Shown: positions 44,488-53,200 of the stretch, piece by piece
Layout: each line of letters opens with the position of its first letter
How positions within the stretch are numbered: position 1 is the stretch's first letter
From: an uncultured bacterium
Lineage (GTDB): Bacteria; Planctomycetota; SZUA-567; JAKLDR01
Reading direction: 5' to 3'
Assembly: GCA_965370045.1 (NCBI GenBank)
Contig: CBDUSI010000005.1
Span: 4,984-68,983, forward strand
DNA length: 64,000 nt
Notes under the pieces: model-generated
The model's database searches: none
The model's input: the letters and a program-made list of their open reading frames with translations, nothing else
What the model was told of the DNA's origin: nothing
Made by a program: the position numbers and the translations under genes

Positions 44488-44634
44488 ATGGTCGGGATGA
44501 TGGCCGTGGGGCTGCCCAAGGGCTTCCTCATCGGCATGGTCGCCGGGACGGTCCTGTACTACGCGTCAGAAAGGTTCAATATCGGGTTCGCCAGGCAAGG
44601 CCGAGATGAAAAGGGCCCGCGGGCGAAGGACTAG
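44488..44634 (+). CDS. Possible 48-aa single-helix membrane peptide (below ORF-track size cutoff)
   Basis: ATG 44488 encodes MVGMMAVGLPKGFLIGMVAGTVLYYASERFNIGFARQGRDEKGPRAKD, ending at TAG 44632-44634. GC3-rich in the hydrophobic part. 12 nt after the thiS-thiF stop. No clear RBS. Confidence 0.3.
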   Translation: MVGMMAVGLPKGFLIGMVAGTVLYYASERFNIGFARQGRDEKGPRAKD

Positions 44635-45173
44635 AACCGTCCGCCGCTGCCGGCAAGCCGCCCTGGCGCAGGTTCCACCGGGAATCGCGTTGTCGCCAGA
44701 AAGTAGACTGCCACCAACATGGGCACCATTACGAAGAGCACGGCGCCGGTCCCAAAGAAGACGGCGTCCATGATCAGTGCCGGGTCAGAAGAGTCTTGGC
44801 TCGACCCGCCGGTGGTAATGAAACCCACGATGAACACTGGTACGGCCAAGATCGTCAGGGACAACAGGCCGATCATCAGGCGCCGAGCCCAGTTCTTTCG
44901 GAGGAAGAGCCCGACTGACGCAACAGTGCCCAGCGGACCAGCCACGAGTGATATGTATCCCCAGCAGCCCAGGAACCGGGTTACGAAGTCCTCGTCCGCG
45001 GCTTCGTAGGCGAATCCCATCGCTCTCGCAACGGTGCCTCGACAAATATAAATCAGGCCGGCTAATGTGCTGGACGGAAATATGCTGATGCCAAAAACCC
45101 CAACAATGATGCCGACCAAGAGGGCCTTCGGGCGCCTACCCGAGTCGTTGCCGTTGGTCACCTTGCGGCCCAC
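44631..45173 (-). CDS. Integral membrane protein of unknown function (about 4 TM)
   Basis: Hydrophobic helices (LLVGIIVGVFGISIF, GYISLVAGPLGTVASVGLFL, LMIGLLSLTILAVPVFIVGFI, AVFFGTGAVLFVMVPMLVAVYFL). Noticeably more A/T-ending codons than the neighbours. Confidence 0.55.
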   Translation of the reverse strand: MGRKVTNGNDSGRRPKALLVGIIVGVFGISIFPSSTLAGLIYICRGTVARAMGFAYEAADEDFVTRFLGCWGYISLVAGPLGTVASVGLFLRKNWARRLMIGLLSLTILAVPVFIVGFITTGGSSQDSSDPALIMDAVFFGTGAVLFVMVPMLVAVYFLATTRFPVEPAPGRLAGSGGRF

Positions 45174-45183
45174 GGTACTGCCG

Positions 45184-45765
45184 TCACCTCAGTCCTTGAG
45201 GGCCGCCGACCAGCTTCTCGTTGTTCTTGTGAAGGAGGCGCAGGTCCGCCTCGGTAAGCTTGAGCTTCTTTAGGTTCTCGCGCAGGGACTTGAGCATCTC
45301 GCCCTTGGCGCCCCTGAACGCCGCCGCCCCGGGGCCCTTCCCGCTCATGACCTCCGCCATCTTCTCGACGGTCCGCATCTGCTGGAATACGACGAAGCCC
45401 GCCATCAGTTGGCCCTGGGCGGCCGCGTAATCGCCGAAGTCCTTGAAGCCGGTCGCCTTCAGGACGGACAGGGATTTCTCCATGGTCGCCTTGGCGTCTC
45501 CCTTGTGCTTGGCCTTGATGGCCGCCAGCTTGCCGGTGGCCTCGATGCAGGCGTCCACCCGCTTCTCGTCGTAAACGCTCTTGCCCGTCGAGAGCGCGTC
45601 CTTCACCTCGGCGAAGGTCTTCCCCGGCCAGGAGAAAGCCCCCGCGCCGGGCTTCTTCGGCTGGACCGCGCCGTTGTTCCCGGGCTTCTTCCTGTAATCC
45701 TCGTCATCCTTGCCGCATCCCAGAGCGAACAGGGCAACAACCGCCAGCGTGCAGAGCCTTTTCAT
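45184..45765 (-). CDS. Lipoprotein of unknown function (helical)
   Basis: Lipobox VALFALGCG. The rest is Lys/Ala/Glu-rich and helical. 6 nt downstream of gpsA. Confidence 0.55.
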   Translation of the reverse strand: MKRLCTLAVVALFALGCGKDDEDYRKKPGNNGAVQPKKPGAGAFSWPGKTFAEVKDALSTGKSVYDEKRVDACIEATGKLAAIKAKHKGDAKATMEKSLSVLKATGFKDFGDYAAAQGQLMAGFVVFQQMRTVEKMAEVMSGKGPGAAAFRGAKGEMLKSLRENLKKLKLTEADLRLLHKNNEKLVGGPQGLR

Positions 45766-45771
45766 TCCCGT

Positions 45772-46761
45772 CTATCCCTCCGACTTGGGCGCGCGGGTCA
45801 TCAGCCTGATGACCTGCTCCTTGGGATTGCCACCCTCAAGAACACGCCCCACCGCCTCGGCAATGGGCAGCTCGACGTCGTGCCTGGCGGCCAGCTCGAC
45901 TATCGCCCCGGTCGTCGCCACACCCTCGGCGACGGTCTCCGTTGACTTGAGAATCTCCGCGAGCTTCTCGCCGCGGCCCAGGCGCTCGCCCACCGCGCGG
46001 TTGCGGCTGTGCTTCGACGCACAGGTAACCACCAGGTCCCCCAACCCGGAAAGCCCCCCGAAGGTCTCCGGGCGCCCTCCGAGCGCGGTCCCCAGGCGGG
46101 CGAGTTCGACTATTCCCCTGGTGATCAGCGCCGCCTTGGCGTTGTCGCCCAACTCCAGGCCGTCCGCGCAGCCCGCGGCCAGGGCGATCACGTTTTTCAG
46201 GGCCGCGCCCAACTCGACGCCGACCACGTCGGTGCTGGTGTAGATTCGCAGCATCGGGCCCATCAGCAGCTTCTGGACCTTCGCGGCGGCGCTCTCGCGC
46301 GCCGAGGCGGCCACCACCGAGGCGGGCAGCCCGCGGGCCACCTCCTCGGCGTGGCTGGGACCGCTCAGCACCGCGATGCGGTGATCCGGCGCCACCGCGT
46401 CGAGTACCTGGCTGGGCCGCAGCAGACTTCCGCGCTCCAGACCCTTGGAGGCCGAGACCAGCAGGCAGTCGGCGGGAAGGTAAGGCGCGACCCGGAGCAG
46501 CGTCTCGCGGATGAACTGCGTGGGGACCGCGCAGACGGCCGCCTCGACGTCGGCCAGGGCGAGCGCCGCATCGGCGGTTATCTCGACCTCTCCGGGAACT
46601 CTCACGCCGGGCAGGAACTTGGTGTTCTCGCGCTTCTCGGCGAACTCGGCGGCGTAGTCCGGGAAGGCGCTCCACAGCGCTACTTCGTGTCCGGCGCGCA
46701 GCGCCGAGAGCGCCAGCGCGGTGCCCCATCCCCCGTCGCCGAGAACGGCTATCCTGCTCAT
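45772..46761 (-). CDS. gpsA: NAD(P)H-dependent glycerol-3-phosphate dehydrogenase
   Basis: Start at Met175 of the track ORF (ATGA overlap with the plsY stop). [25 protein letters not shown] and GDLVVTC motifs. 329 aa. Confidence 0.9.
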   Translation of the reverse strand: MSRIAVLGDGGWGTALALSALRAGHEVALWSAFPDYAAEFAEKRENTKFLPGVRVPGEVEITADAALALADVEAAVCAVPTQFIRETLLRVAPYLPADCLLVSASKGLERGSLLRPSQVLDAVAPDHRIAVLSGPSHAEEVARGLPASVVAASARESAAAKVQKLLMGPMLRIYTSTDVVGVELGAALKNVIALAAGCADGLELGDNAKAALITRGIVELARLGTALGGRPETFGGLSGLGDLVVTCASKHSRNRAVGERLGRGEKLAEILKSTETVAEGVATTGAIVELAARHDVELPIAEAVGRVLEGGNPKEQVIRLMTRAPKSEG

Positions 46762-47453
46762 TCGGCCTTCCCCGCTTCGGGCTCCGGCGCGGGCCGCTTC
46801 CGGCCCAGCTTGGGCTCCTGCCCCCTGGCCAGACGTACGATGTTCGAGCGGTGCCGGGCGATGATCGCCAGGGCCAGCACCGCAGCCAGTCCCCAGACCG
46901 GCCAGTCCTCGGCCAGCCGAGCGCGGCGCCAGGAGAGCGCGACGCACAGCCCGGCCACGCCCAGCGCCCCGAACATCGAGGCTATCGACACAAAGCGGGT
47001 CAGGAGCAGCGAGACTCCCCACAAGGCCACACCCCCGGCCAGCGGTATCGGCGCCAGGGCGGCCAACGCACCCGCTCCGGTGGCCACTCCCTTGCCACCC
47101 TTGAAGCCCAGGAACACCGGCCAGACGTGCCCGGCGAAAGCGCTCACCGCGTAGAGCGGCCCCAGCCCGGAGCGCAGCAGGCTCCCGTCCGGCGCCGAGC
47201 CAAGCCCCAGCACCAGCCAGGCCAGGGGCCCGGCGGCGGCGTATCCCTTGCCCGCGTCCAGCAGCAGGACGCCGACGCCCCACAGCCTGCCGCAGGCCCG
47301 GCCAACATTAGTAGCCCCGATGTTGCCGCTGCCCACCTCGCGGATGTCCACGCCCTTGGTCCGCGCCACCATGTAGCCGAAGGGCAGCGAGCCCAGCAGG
47401 TAGGCCGCCAGGCCCCCTCCCGCGGCCATGAGCAGCGCACCGGTCGCCGGCAT
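46758..47453 (-). CDS. plsY: Glycerol-3-phosphate acyltransferase PlsY
   Basis: GSLPFGYMVARTKGVDIREVGSGNIGATNVGR and FLGFKGGKGVATG motifs. Multi-TM, 231 aa. Confidence 0.9.
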   Translation of the reverse strand: MPATGALLMAAGGGLAAYLLGSLPFGYMVARTKGVDIREVGSGNIGATNVGRACGRLWGVGVLLLDAGKGYAAAGPLAWLVLGLGSAPDGSLLRSGLGPLYAVSAFAGHVWPVFLGFKGGKGVATGAGALAALAPIPLAGGVALWGVSLLLTRFVSIASMFGALGVAGLCVALSWRRARLAEDWPVWGLAAVLALAIIARHRSNIVRLARGQEPKLGRKRPAPEPEAGKAE

Positions 47454-48931
47454 CAGCTCTCCGTGGGATCGGGCTCGCCGCGAAGCGCGGCGGCCAGGCG
47501 GGGGACCAGTCTGGCCAGCGAGAAGACCTCGAAGGCCCGCTCGCGGTTGTGGGTCACCAGGCGCGAGGGCCGCACCAGGGCCTCAAGCATACGCTCCACC
47601 GCCCAGCGGTTCTCGGTCAGGAAATGCCCCAGACGCGAGCCGGCGTCCAGCCCCAGGACCATCTCCAGGCGCCAGCGCATGCCGTCCTCGTTGAACTCGT
47701 TGGTCACCGGCGCGAAGATCGAGGGCTCGGGCTCCGCCAGGTGCGGGAAATCGCAGTCGGCCACCGAGAGCCGCCGGTAGAAATGGTCCATGCGCATCCC
47801 GGCGAGCACGAAGTCGTCCATCACCGGCACCCGTCGGCCGATGGCCACCTTGCCGGCGCACCACGGCTCCAGGAAACCGAAGCCGAAGCCCTCCAGCACC
47901 GAGGTGCTCACCGCCGCCGCGCCGGCGGCGTAGAGCTCGGCGACCCCGAAGCACTCCGCCGACTCCCCGCCCTTCTTCAGGCGGCAGACCGGCCCGACCA
48001 GCTCCTCCAGGCCCAGGCGGGCCTCGAAGTCGTTCTTCTCGATGAACTCGCCGAGGATATCCACGTAACGGCTGAACTTGCTTTCCTCGGGGTGGATGGC
48101 CACCAGCAGGCGGAAGGGACCCTCGGGCTGCAGCGCGTGGGGGATGCCGCCCTGGCCGCTGGCCAACAGGTTAAGCAATCGGGTAAGCAGCAGCGCCTCG
48201 CTGATGTTCTTGCGGGGCACGGCGCGCACCGGGTAAATGAGCAGCTGTTCGCCGGGCTTGACCCAGCCGAGCTTCTCCATCTCCGAGCGTAGCGGGCCGG
48301 CCAGCTTCTCTCCGCCGGCCAGGGACTCGTCAACGGCGTTGGGCAGGTAGCGGATCCGCTGCTGGTCGAGCCCCAGGGCGTAGAGCATGTAGGCGTCGGC
48401 GCGGTTGACGGTGAGGTGCAGGGTGTTGGGGTTCCTGGGGAAGAGCAGGTCGTGGGCGGATATCCCGGCCTCGGCGGCGGCGGCCTTTATCGCCGCGAAG
48501 TTGGCCGGCCGGCTGAAGGCCAGGTCGTGCACCCGGAAGACGAAGCGGACCTTCTTGAAGGCGTCGGCGGCGAGAATCTGCGCGAGGGCCAGGTTGAGCG
48601 CGGGGTGCGCGCCGACCGAGGCGTTCTCCACGATGACCGCCTCGCAGCCGGCCAGCTCGCGGGAGAGGTCCGCGGCCAGCTTCTCGACCAGCTTGCGACG
48701 GCTCTCCGGCGCGGTGCCCGTCCAGGTGCCCAGGGCCATCTCCGGCAGGTCCGTGGCGCTGACCCGTCCGGGGGCCAGGGCCAGCCAGTCGGCGGAGAAG
48801 GCCCCGGTCCGGCCCACGAAGTGAACCGAAAGCTCCGCGTCGGCGCCGAGCAGCCCCTCGGCGAAGCGACGCATAACCATCTCCACGCCGCTCTGCGCCC
48901 CTATAGAGTAGTGCAGCCAGCCGAGCCTCAT
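47453..48931 (-). CDS. GT-B fold (GT4-like) glycosyltransferase-like protein
   Basis: The N-terminus MRLGWLHYSIGAQSGVEMVM resembles GT4 N-termini. STSVLEGFGFGFLEPWCAGKVAIGRR resembles the E-x7-E donor-binding motif. Its stop shares 1 nt with the plsY start. Confidence 0.45.
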   Translation of the reverse strand: MRLGWLHYSIGAQSGVEMVMRRFAEGLLGADAELSVHFVGRTGAFSADWLALAPGRVSATDLPEMALGTWTGTAPESRRKLVEKLAADLSRELAGCEAVIVENASVGAHPALNLALAQILAADAFKKVRFVFRVHDLAFSRPANFAAIKAAAAEAGISAHDLLFPRNPNTLHLTVNRADAYMLYALGLDQQRIRYLPNAVDESLAGGEKLAGPLRSEMEKLGWVKPGEQLLIYPVRAVPRKNISEALLLTRLLNLLASGQGGIPHALQPEGPFRLLVAIHPEESKFSRYVDILGEFIEKNDFEARLGLEELVGPVCRLKKGGESAECFGVAELYAAGAAAVSTSVLEGFGFGFLEPWCAGKVAIGRRVPVMDDFVLAGMRMDHFYRRLSVADCDFPHLAEPEPSIFAPVTNEFNEDGMRWRLEMVLGLDAGSRLGHFLTENRWAVERMLEALVRPSRLVTHNRERAFEVFSLARLVPRLAAALRGEPDPTES

Positions 48932-48933
48932 TG

Positions 48934-49671
48934 TCAGCCTCCCCGGGGTTTGCCCACTGCAATCATGTAGACGGGCACCTCGTCGACCCCGTCGAGTACC
49001 AGGACTTCATTGATCGCCGAATCGCAGAATGCGCCGATGCCGCAGGAGGCCAGCCCCAGCCCCTGGGCGGCCAGCATGATGTTCTCGCCGACGTGCCCGG
49101 CGTCCAGGTAGAAGTAACGCCAGGAACGCTCCTCGTAGCGCCACACCGAGCGCTGGGGATGCGCACTCAGCACGAAAATGACCGCGCTGCGGGCCATGAA
49201 CTTCTGTTCCGCGGAAGCGGCGGCCAGGGCCGTCATGGCCTCGCCGCGCAGCACCGGCTTGAGCAGGTGGCCGTCGGGCTGGTAAACGTAAACCCCGGCC
49301 GCCGGCTCCGGACCGGGCAGCACCGCGCAGAGGTCCAGCGCGTAGAGCGCCCCGGCGCTGGGCGCGGCGCGCAGCTGGTGTCCGCCCTTGACGGCGGTGA
49401 CGCCCTGCGCGGCCCAGCAGAGCGCGCCCAACTCGTCAAGGGACAGGGCCTCGCCGGTGTAGCGGCGCCCGCTGCGCCGGGCGGCCAGCACCTTCCACAG
49501 GCCGGCGCCGGCGCCGGTCACCTCGGGAAGGCCGACGGGCGCGACGTCCGGCCCGACCGGCTCCAGCACCGGCGAAGAGAAACCCTCCGATGCAGAGTAC
49601 GACGTTTCCCGCTGGAACTGCTCGCCGATTCCCACGACGGGGAGTATAGACCGCCCGCGAGGGTCAGTCAA
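48934..49671 (-). CDS. SagB/ThcOx family (nitroreductase-fold) dehydrogenase
   Basis: RETSYS..., LAARRSGRRYTGEALSLDELGALCWAAQGVT, RAAPSAGALYALD, GVYVYQP and HVGENIMLAAQGLGLASCGIGAF are typical of SagB-type dehydrogenase domains. Confidence 0.75.
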   Translation of the reverse strand: MTDPRGRSILPVVGIGEQFQRETSYSASEGFSSPVLEPVGPDVAPVGLPEVTGAGAGLWKVLAARRSGRRYTGEALSLDELGALCWAAQGVTAVKGGHQLRAAPSAGALYALDLCAVLPGPEPAAGVYVYQPDGHLLKPVLRGEAMTALAAASAEQKFMARSAVIFVLSAHPQRSVWRYEERSWRYFYLDAGHVGENIMLAAQGLGLASCGIGAFCDSAINEVLVLDGVDEVPVYMIAVGKPRGG

Positions 49672-49713
49672 GGGGGGACATGCCCCCTCTGTCGAAGCGT
49701 CCCTGCTGAAAGG

Positions 49714-50205
49714 CTACTTGGCGGGCTTGATCACCAGCCGATCGATGCTCATCCCCTTCTCGGCGGCGCTGATCTCGATCTTGACCGGCCCGTCCTTGCT
49801 CACGGTGATCTTCACCGCCCGGGTGGGACTGAGCTTGGCCTCTTCCTGGGGGTAGATGCGCTCGTCGGCGCCGGCGGCGGTCAGGTAGAAGGCGTCCTGG
49901 CCGGCGTCGGGCGCCAGGGCGTAGACGGTGATCTCGTAGTTGCCCTTCTTGAGATTCACGGTCGTCTTCGCGCTGGCGGTCTCCAGATGAAAGAGAACCG
50001 CCTTGCCACCACCGGCCCCGGAGAGGGCCCTGACCTTGGCGTCCTTGAGCGTGAAATTCTCCACCTCCAGGACGATCTGGCCGACGATGGGCTTGGTTGT
50101 CTTTGTCGGCTTGGCAGGCTTGGCCGAATTCTCGGCGGTCGGCGCGCAGCCGATGGCCAGCAAAGCGGCGGCGGCGACCAGCAGGCAGGTCAGCGTCTTA
50201 TTCAT
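49714..50205 (-). CDS. Lipoprotein with a CBM-like beta-sandwich domain
   Basis: Start at Met14 (MNKTLTCLLVAAAALLAIGC lipobox). IVLEVENFTLKDAKV...NYEITVYALAPDAGQDAFYL...MSIDRLVIKP is reminiscent of carbohydrate-binding-module folds. Confidence 0.5.
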   Translation of the reverse strand: MNKTLTCLLVAAAALLAIGCAPTAENSAKPAKPTKTTKPIVGQIVLEVENFTLKDAKVRALSGAGGGKAVLFHLETASAKTTVNLKKGNYEITVYALAPDAGQDAFYLTAAGADERIYPQEEAKLSPTRAVKITVSKDGPVKIEISAAEKGMSIDRLVIKPAK

Positions 50206-50266
50206 AAAGCACCCCCTTCTACGAGGCGGCGCATGGGAACTCACGCGCCAGCGACTTCAGCGCAGT

Positions 50267-52927
50267 CTAGCGCCGCGCCCCCCCGCCCGCAAGGGGCCGC
50301 GGTCTGACCTTGCAGTTGGGGCAGAACTTCCTCAAGTTCGCGCGGCGCGCCTTCCAGACCTCGATGGCACGCACCAGCGTCGCGCCGGCGTTGCCGACCT
50401 TCCCGTGGCGCTGGAGCTTCCTGCGGTCGAGGATCGCGTCGATGCCCCCGGGCGCCGGGCAGCGGCCGTCCCGCCAGAGCATGGCCGGCACGCGGCGGAC
50501 CTCGCCGTCGGCGCCCACCACCCGACCGGCGCCGCCGAACTGGTCGAGGCAGCTCCCGCCCATGGACATCTCGGCCACGTGGCCGGCGGTGCTGGAGCCG
50601 TGGCCCACGCCCAGCGAGAGGATGTACCCGCCTCCGTGGATCAGCCGGCCGATGGGCGACTCCCGGTCCCAGATGCCCTTCTCGACGTGGTCCCGGCACC
50701 ATTCCGCTGCCTTGGCGCCGATAGCCGCGGCCGGGTGGCTGGGGTGCGCGCTGCGCACCGCGTCGGGCCGCCGCCACGCCGCGTCGGGTATGGCCCCGTT
50801 CTTGGTGGGCGTGGCCAGGGGATTGTAGACCTCCGCCTCGCCGTGGTTGAACGACGGGAACATCAGCGTGCCGCGCTTGCCGACCGCCGCCAGCAGCGCC
50901 TCGACCACCGTCGCGGCGCCGCCGGCCACGTGCCCGACCAGCGACATGGCGCTGTGGACCATCACGTCCATCCCCTGCCGGACGCCCAGGCGCCTGAAGT
51001 CGCGCACCAGCCGCGCCCTGGTAATCATCTCCCGCGGCTCGGTGATTTCGACGTAGCCCAGTTCTTCCAGCGCGTCGAAATAGCGGACCACGTTTTCGAG
51101 CGGGACATCCCTGCGGCGCTCGGCATTCGCCAGCTCGGCGATCCCGGCGATGCTGCGCTTCCCGTCGGCCCAGTAAACCGCCCAGGAGTGAACGCCCGAC
51201 CCCAAGAGACGCTCGGCGAGTTCCGGGTGGACGTTCTCCGGGGTGGGCGTCAGGAAGGCCGTTCGCCGGGGGACCCGTCGGGCCTTCCCGCGCGCGGCCG
51301 GACGCGGACGCGCCTTGACTTTCCCGGCGGCCTCGGCCAGGCGGCGCTCACAGTCGGCGAAACGCCGCAGCACCTCGCAGCGCTCACCGCCCCACAGCCA
51401 GCGCCCCAGGCGCGAGAGGTCCTCGGCGTGCCGCGCGCGAAGGAACTCGACCTCCCCCCGCTTCGGCCCGCGGCCCAGCCCGTGTATCTCGGCGAGGGCC
51501 TTCTCGGTCCGCCACTCGGCCAACTCCAGGGCCTCGGGGGTGGCCGCGTTCGCAAGGTAGTAGAGGTAGCCGGCCATGGCCCCGGCGATCGTCGCCAGCC
51601 CCCGAGGATGCAGCCGCTTGGCGGTGTCGCCGGAACTGTGATAACCCGGATACTTGCCGGTCCAGATCCATGGACAGGGGAAGCCATAGCGAGGGTCGCC
51701 GATCAGCGTGTCCTCCGTGGACATGAACTTCTTGGCGGCAAAGCGATAGCCGGGCCGGCCGGCGCGGAGCGCGGAGCGCAGCACGGCCTCGCCGACGTCA
51801 TTGGTGAAGCAGGCCGAGGACGGCACTGTCGAGTGCCAGGATATCTCCCCGCCGCATATCTCCGGCCGCAGTCCGACCGAGTCGATGCACACCCCGGCCA
51901 GCGGCTTCTGATAGCGCCGCCTGCTGTCGAGATATCCGAAGAACCCGTAGCACTCGTAGGCCCCCACCAGGCGCACAGTCCGCCGCGGGCGGCGCAGCTT
52001 GCCCTCGGCAATCAACCCCTCGATGAGGCGCGCGGCCTCGACGCAGACCGCCAGTCCCGAGGCGTTGTCCACCGCGCCGGGCTCCGAGCTGTGGGCGATG
52101 GCCCAGACTTCGCTCTGGGGGTCGTCGCGCCCAAGGACCAGCCCGCTGGTTATCTCCTGCTCGCCGTTGTAGTAGCGGACCTCGACGTCCGCGCGAACCT
52201 TGATGCTGCCGTGCTTCCCGATCAGCTTGCGGAGCCTTGCCCCCTCCCGCCCGGAGATGGCCAGACCCACCGGGCGCGCGGCAGCCTCGCCGGCCCTGAG
52301 CGAACCCCATCCGAACTTGGCCCAGATCACTTCCCGGGGCAAGCCCGCCACCGGCGCGTCGGTGATGATGCCCGCGGCGCCCTTCTCGAACCAGGGCTGC
52401 GGCCCGGTGGATGCGGCTCCTCCGCGATAGGGATAGGGATAGGGCAGCAGGCGCGTGAGCACCATCTTGCCGGCGAGCGCGCGCTTGCCCAGGCGGGCAA
52501 GCTCCTCCTCCGAGTCGATCACCACCAGCTCGTAGGTGCCCCCGCCCCGCGGGGTGCTTCCGGAGAACTGCGCCACGTGGAAGGGATTGTCCCGGTAGTC
52601 GAGCAGCTTGCGGCGCACCGGGCTGACGATGTCCACCCGGGCGCGGACGACGTCCCAGGCTTCCTGCAATATCCACCCGCCGCTGCCCACCGGGCCGCCA
52701 GTGGGAATGCTCTCGACCTCCGCGCGGGCGCCCGCGGCACGGAAGGCGCGGGCCAGAGTTCGGCTGGTCTTGCGAAAACCGTCGAAGGAGTTCCAGCGGT
52801 CGGTGCTGACTATCCGCCGGACCAGGTCGATCATCCCCCGGCCGGATGCCCGGCGGCAGAGGCGCGGCACCTCCTCGCGGCAGAACTTCCTCAACGACTC
52901 GGGTGCGCGGGGCTTGCGGGCGCTCAA
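50267..52927 (-). CDS. Fusion protein: aminopeptidase-like DUF2172/DUF4910 (M28-like) with winged helix, plus a C-terminal AAC(3)-family N-acetyltransferase domain
   Basis: N-part: EPGAVDNASGLAVCVEAARLI (M28-like), then GKRSIAGIAELANAE...VVRYFDALEELGYVEI (wHTH). C-part (about 50270-51030): LRRLGVRQGMDVMVHSAMSLVGHVAGGAATVVEALLAAVGKRGTLMFPSFN, the Antibiotic_NAT signature. Start is uncertain: TTG 52927 with GGGAGGAGA upstream (used here), or ATG 52834, or GTG 53029. Confidence 0.65.
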   Translation of the reverse strand: MSARKPRAPESLRKFCREEVPRLCRRASGRGMIDLVRRIVSTDRWNSFDGFRKTSRTLARAFRAAGARAEVESIPTGGPVGSGGWILQEAWDVVRARVDIVSPVRRKLLDYRDNPFHVAQFSGSTPRGGGTYELVVIDSEEELARLGKRALAGKMVLTRLLPYPYPYRGGAASTGPQPWFEKGAAGIITDAPVAGLPREVIWAKFGWGSLRAGEAAARPVGLAISGREGARLRKLIGKHGSIKVRADVEVRYYNGEQEITSGLVLGRDDPQSEVWAIAHSSEPGAVDNASGLAVCVEAARLIEGLIAEGKLRRPRRTVRLVGAYECYGFFGYLDSRRRYQKPLAGVCIDSVGLRPEICGGEISWHSTVPSSACFTNDVGEAVLRSALRAGRPGYRFAAKKFMSTEDTLIGDPRYGFPCPWIWTGKYPGYHSSGDTAKRLHPRGLATIAGAMAGYLYYLANAATPEALELAEWRTEKALAEIHGLGRGPKRGEVEFLRARHAEDLSRLGRWLWGGERCEVLRRFADCERRLAEAAGKVKARPRPAARGKARRVPRRTAFLTPTPENVHPELAERLLGSGVHSWAVYWADGKRSIAGIAELANAERRRDVPLENVVRYFDALEELGYVEITEPREMITRARLVRDFRRLGVRQGMDVMVHSAMSLVGHVAGGAATVVEALLAAVGKRGTLMFPSFNHGEAEVYNPLATPTKNGAIPDAAWRRPDAVRSAHPSHPAAAIGAKAAEWCRDHVEKGIWDRESPIGRLIHGGGYILSLGVGHGSSTAGHVAEMSMGGSCLDQFGGAGRVVGADGEVRRVPAMLWRDGRCPAPGGIDAILDRRKLQRHGKVGNAGATLVRAIEVWKARRANLRKFCPNCKVRPRPLAGGGARR

Positions 52928-53200
52928 TGCTGTTCTCCTCCCCAGGTGCACCACTGCAGGACCGGGCTCCGCGATTATAGCCGATGCTCGCACGCAGTGG
53001 CAACTCCGGGCACCCCCAAGGTAATACACCCGACTGAGAGAAGCCTTCGTGTTTTCAGCCTATCCCCTTGAGAGGACCTATCTCAGGGGCGCGTAATAGA
53101 CTGACTACCAGGCACATACGCCGCACGAGGGGCCCGCTCCGGGTGTCGCAACTTGCTGCCCCCCCGGGCCCGGCGGCTATTACTTCCGGAGGGAAGGGAA

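Noticed and set aside
44621-44630. The 10-nt palindromes GCCCGCGGGC at 44617-44626 and CTGCTAGCAG at about 31961-31970, considered as terminators at convergent gene ends.
   Set aside because: They have no loop and only 4-5 bp of potential stem. This is too weak to call, and such GC palindromes are frequent in this composition.
48934-49671. The SagB-type dehydrogenase as a marker of a thiazole/oxazole RiPP (TOMM) cluster.
   Set aside because: No YcaO cyclodehydratase, E1-like docking protein, precursor peptide or ABC exporter lies within the flanking genes. Instead the gene is translationally coupled to GT4-like, plsY and gpsA genes.
50270-51030. The AAC(3) domain as an acquired aminoglycoside-resistance determinant.
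   Set aside because: It is the C-terminal domain of a large fusion protein in native-looking GC-rich context with no mobile-element hallmarks. The family also contains non-resistance amino-sugar acetyltransferases, and the sequence alone cannot support a resistance call.
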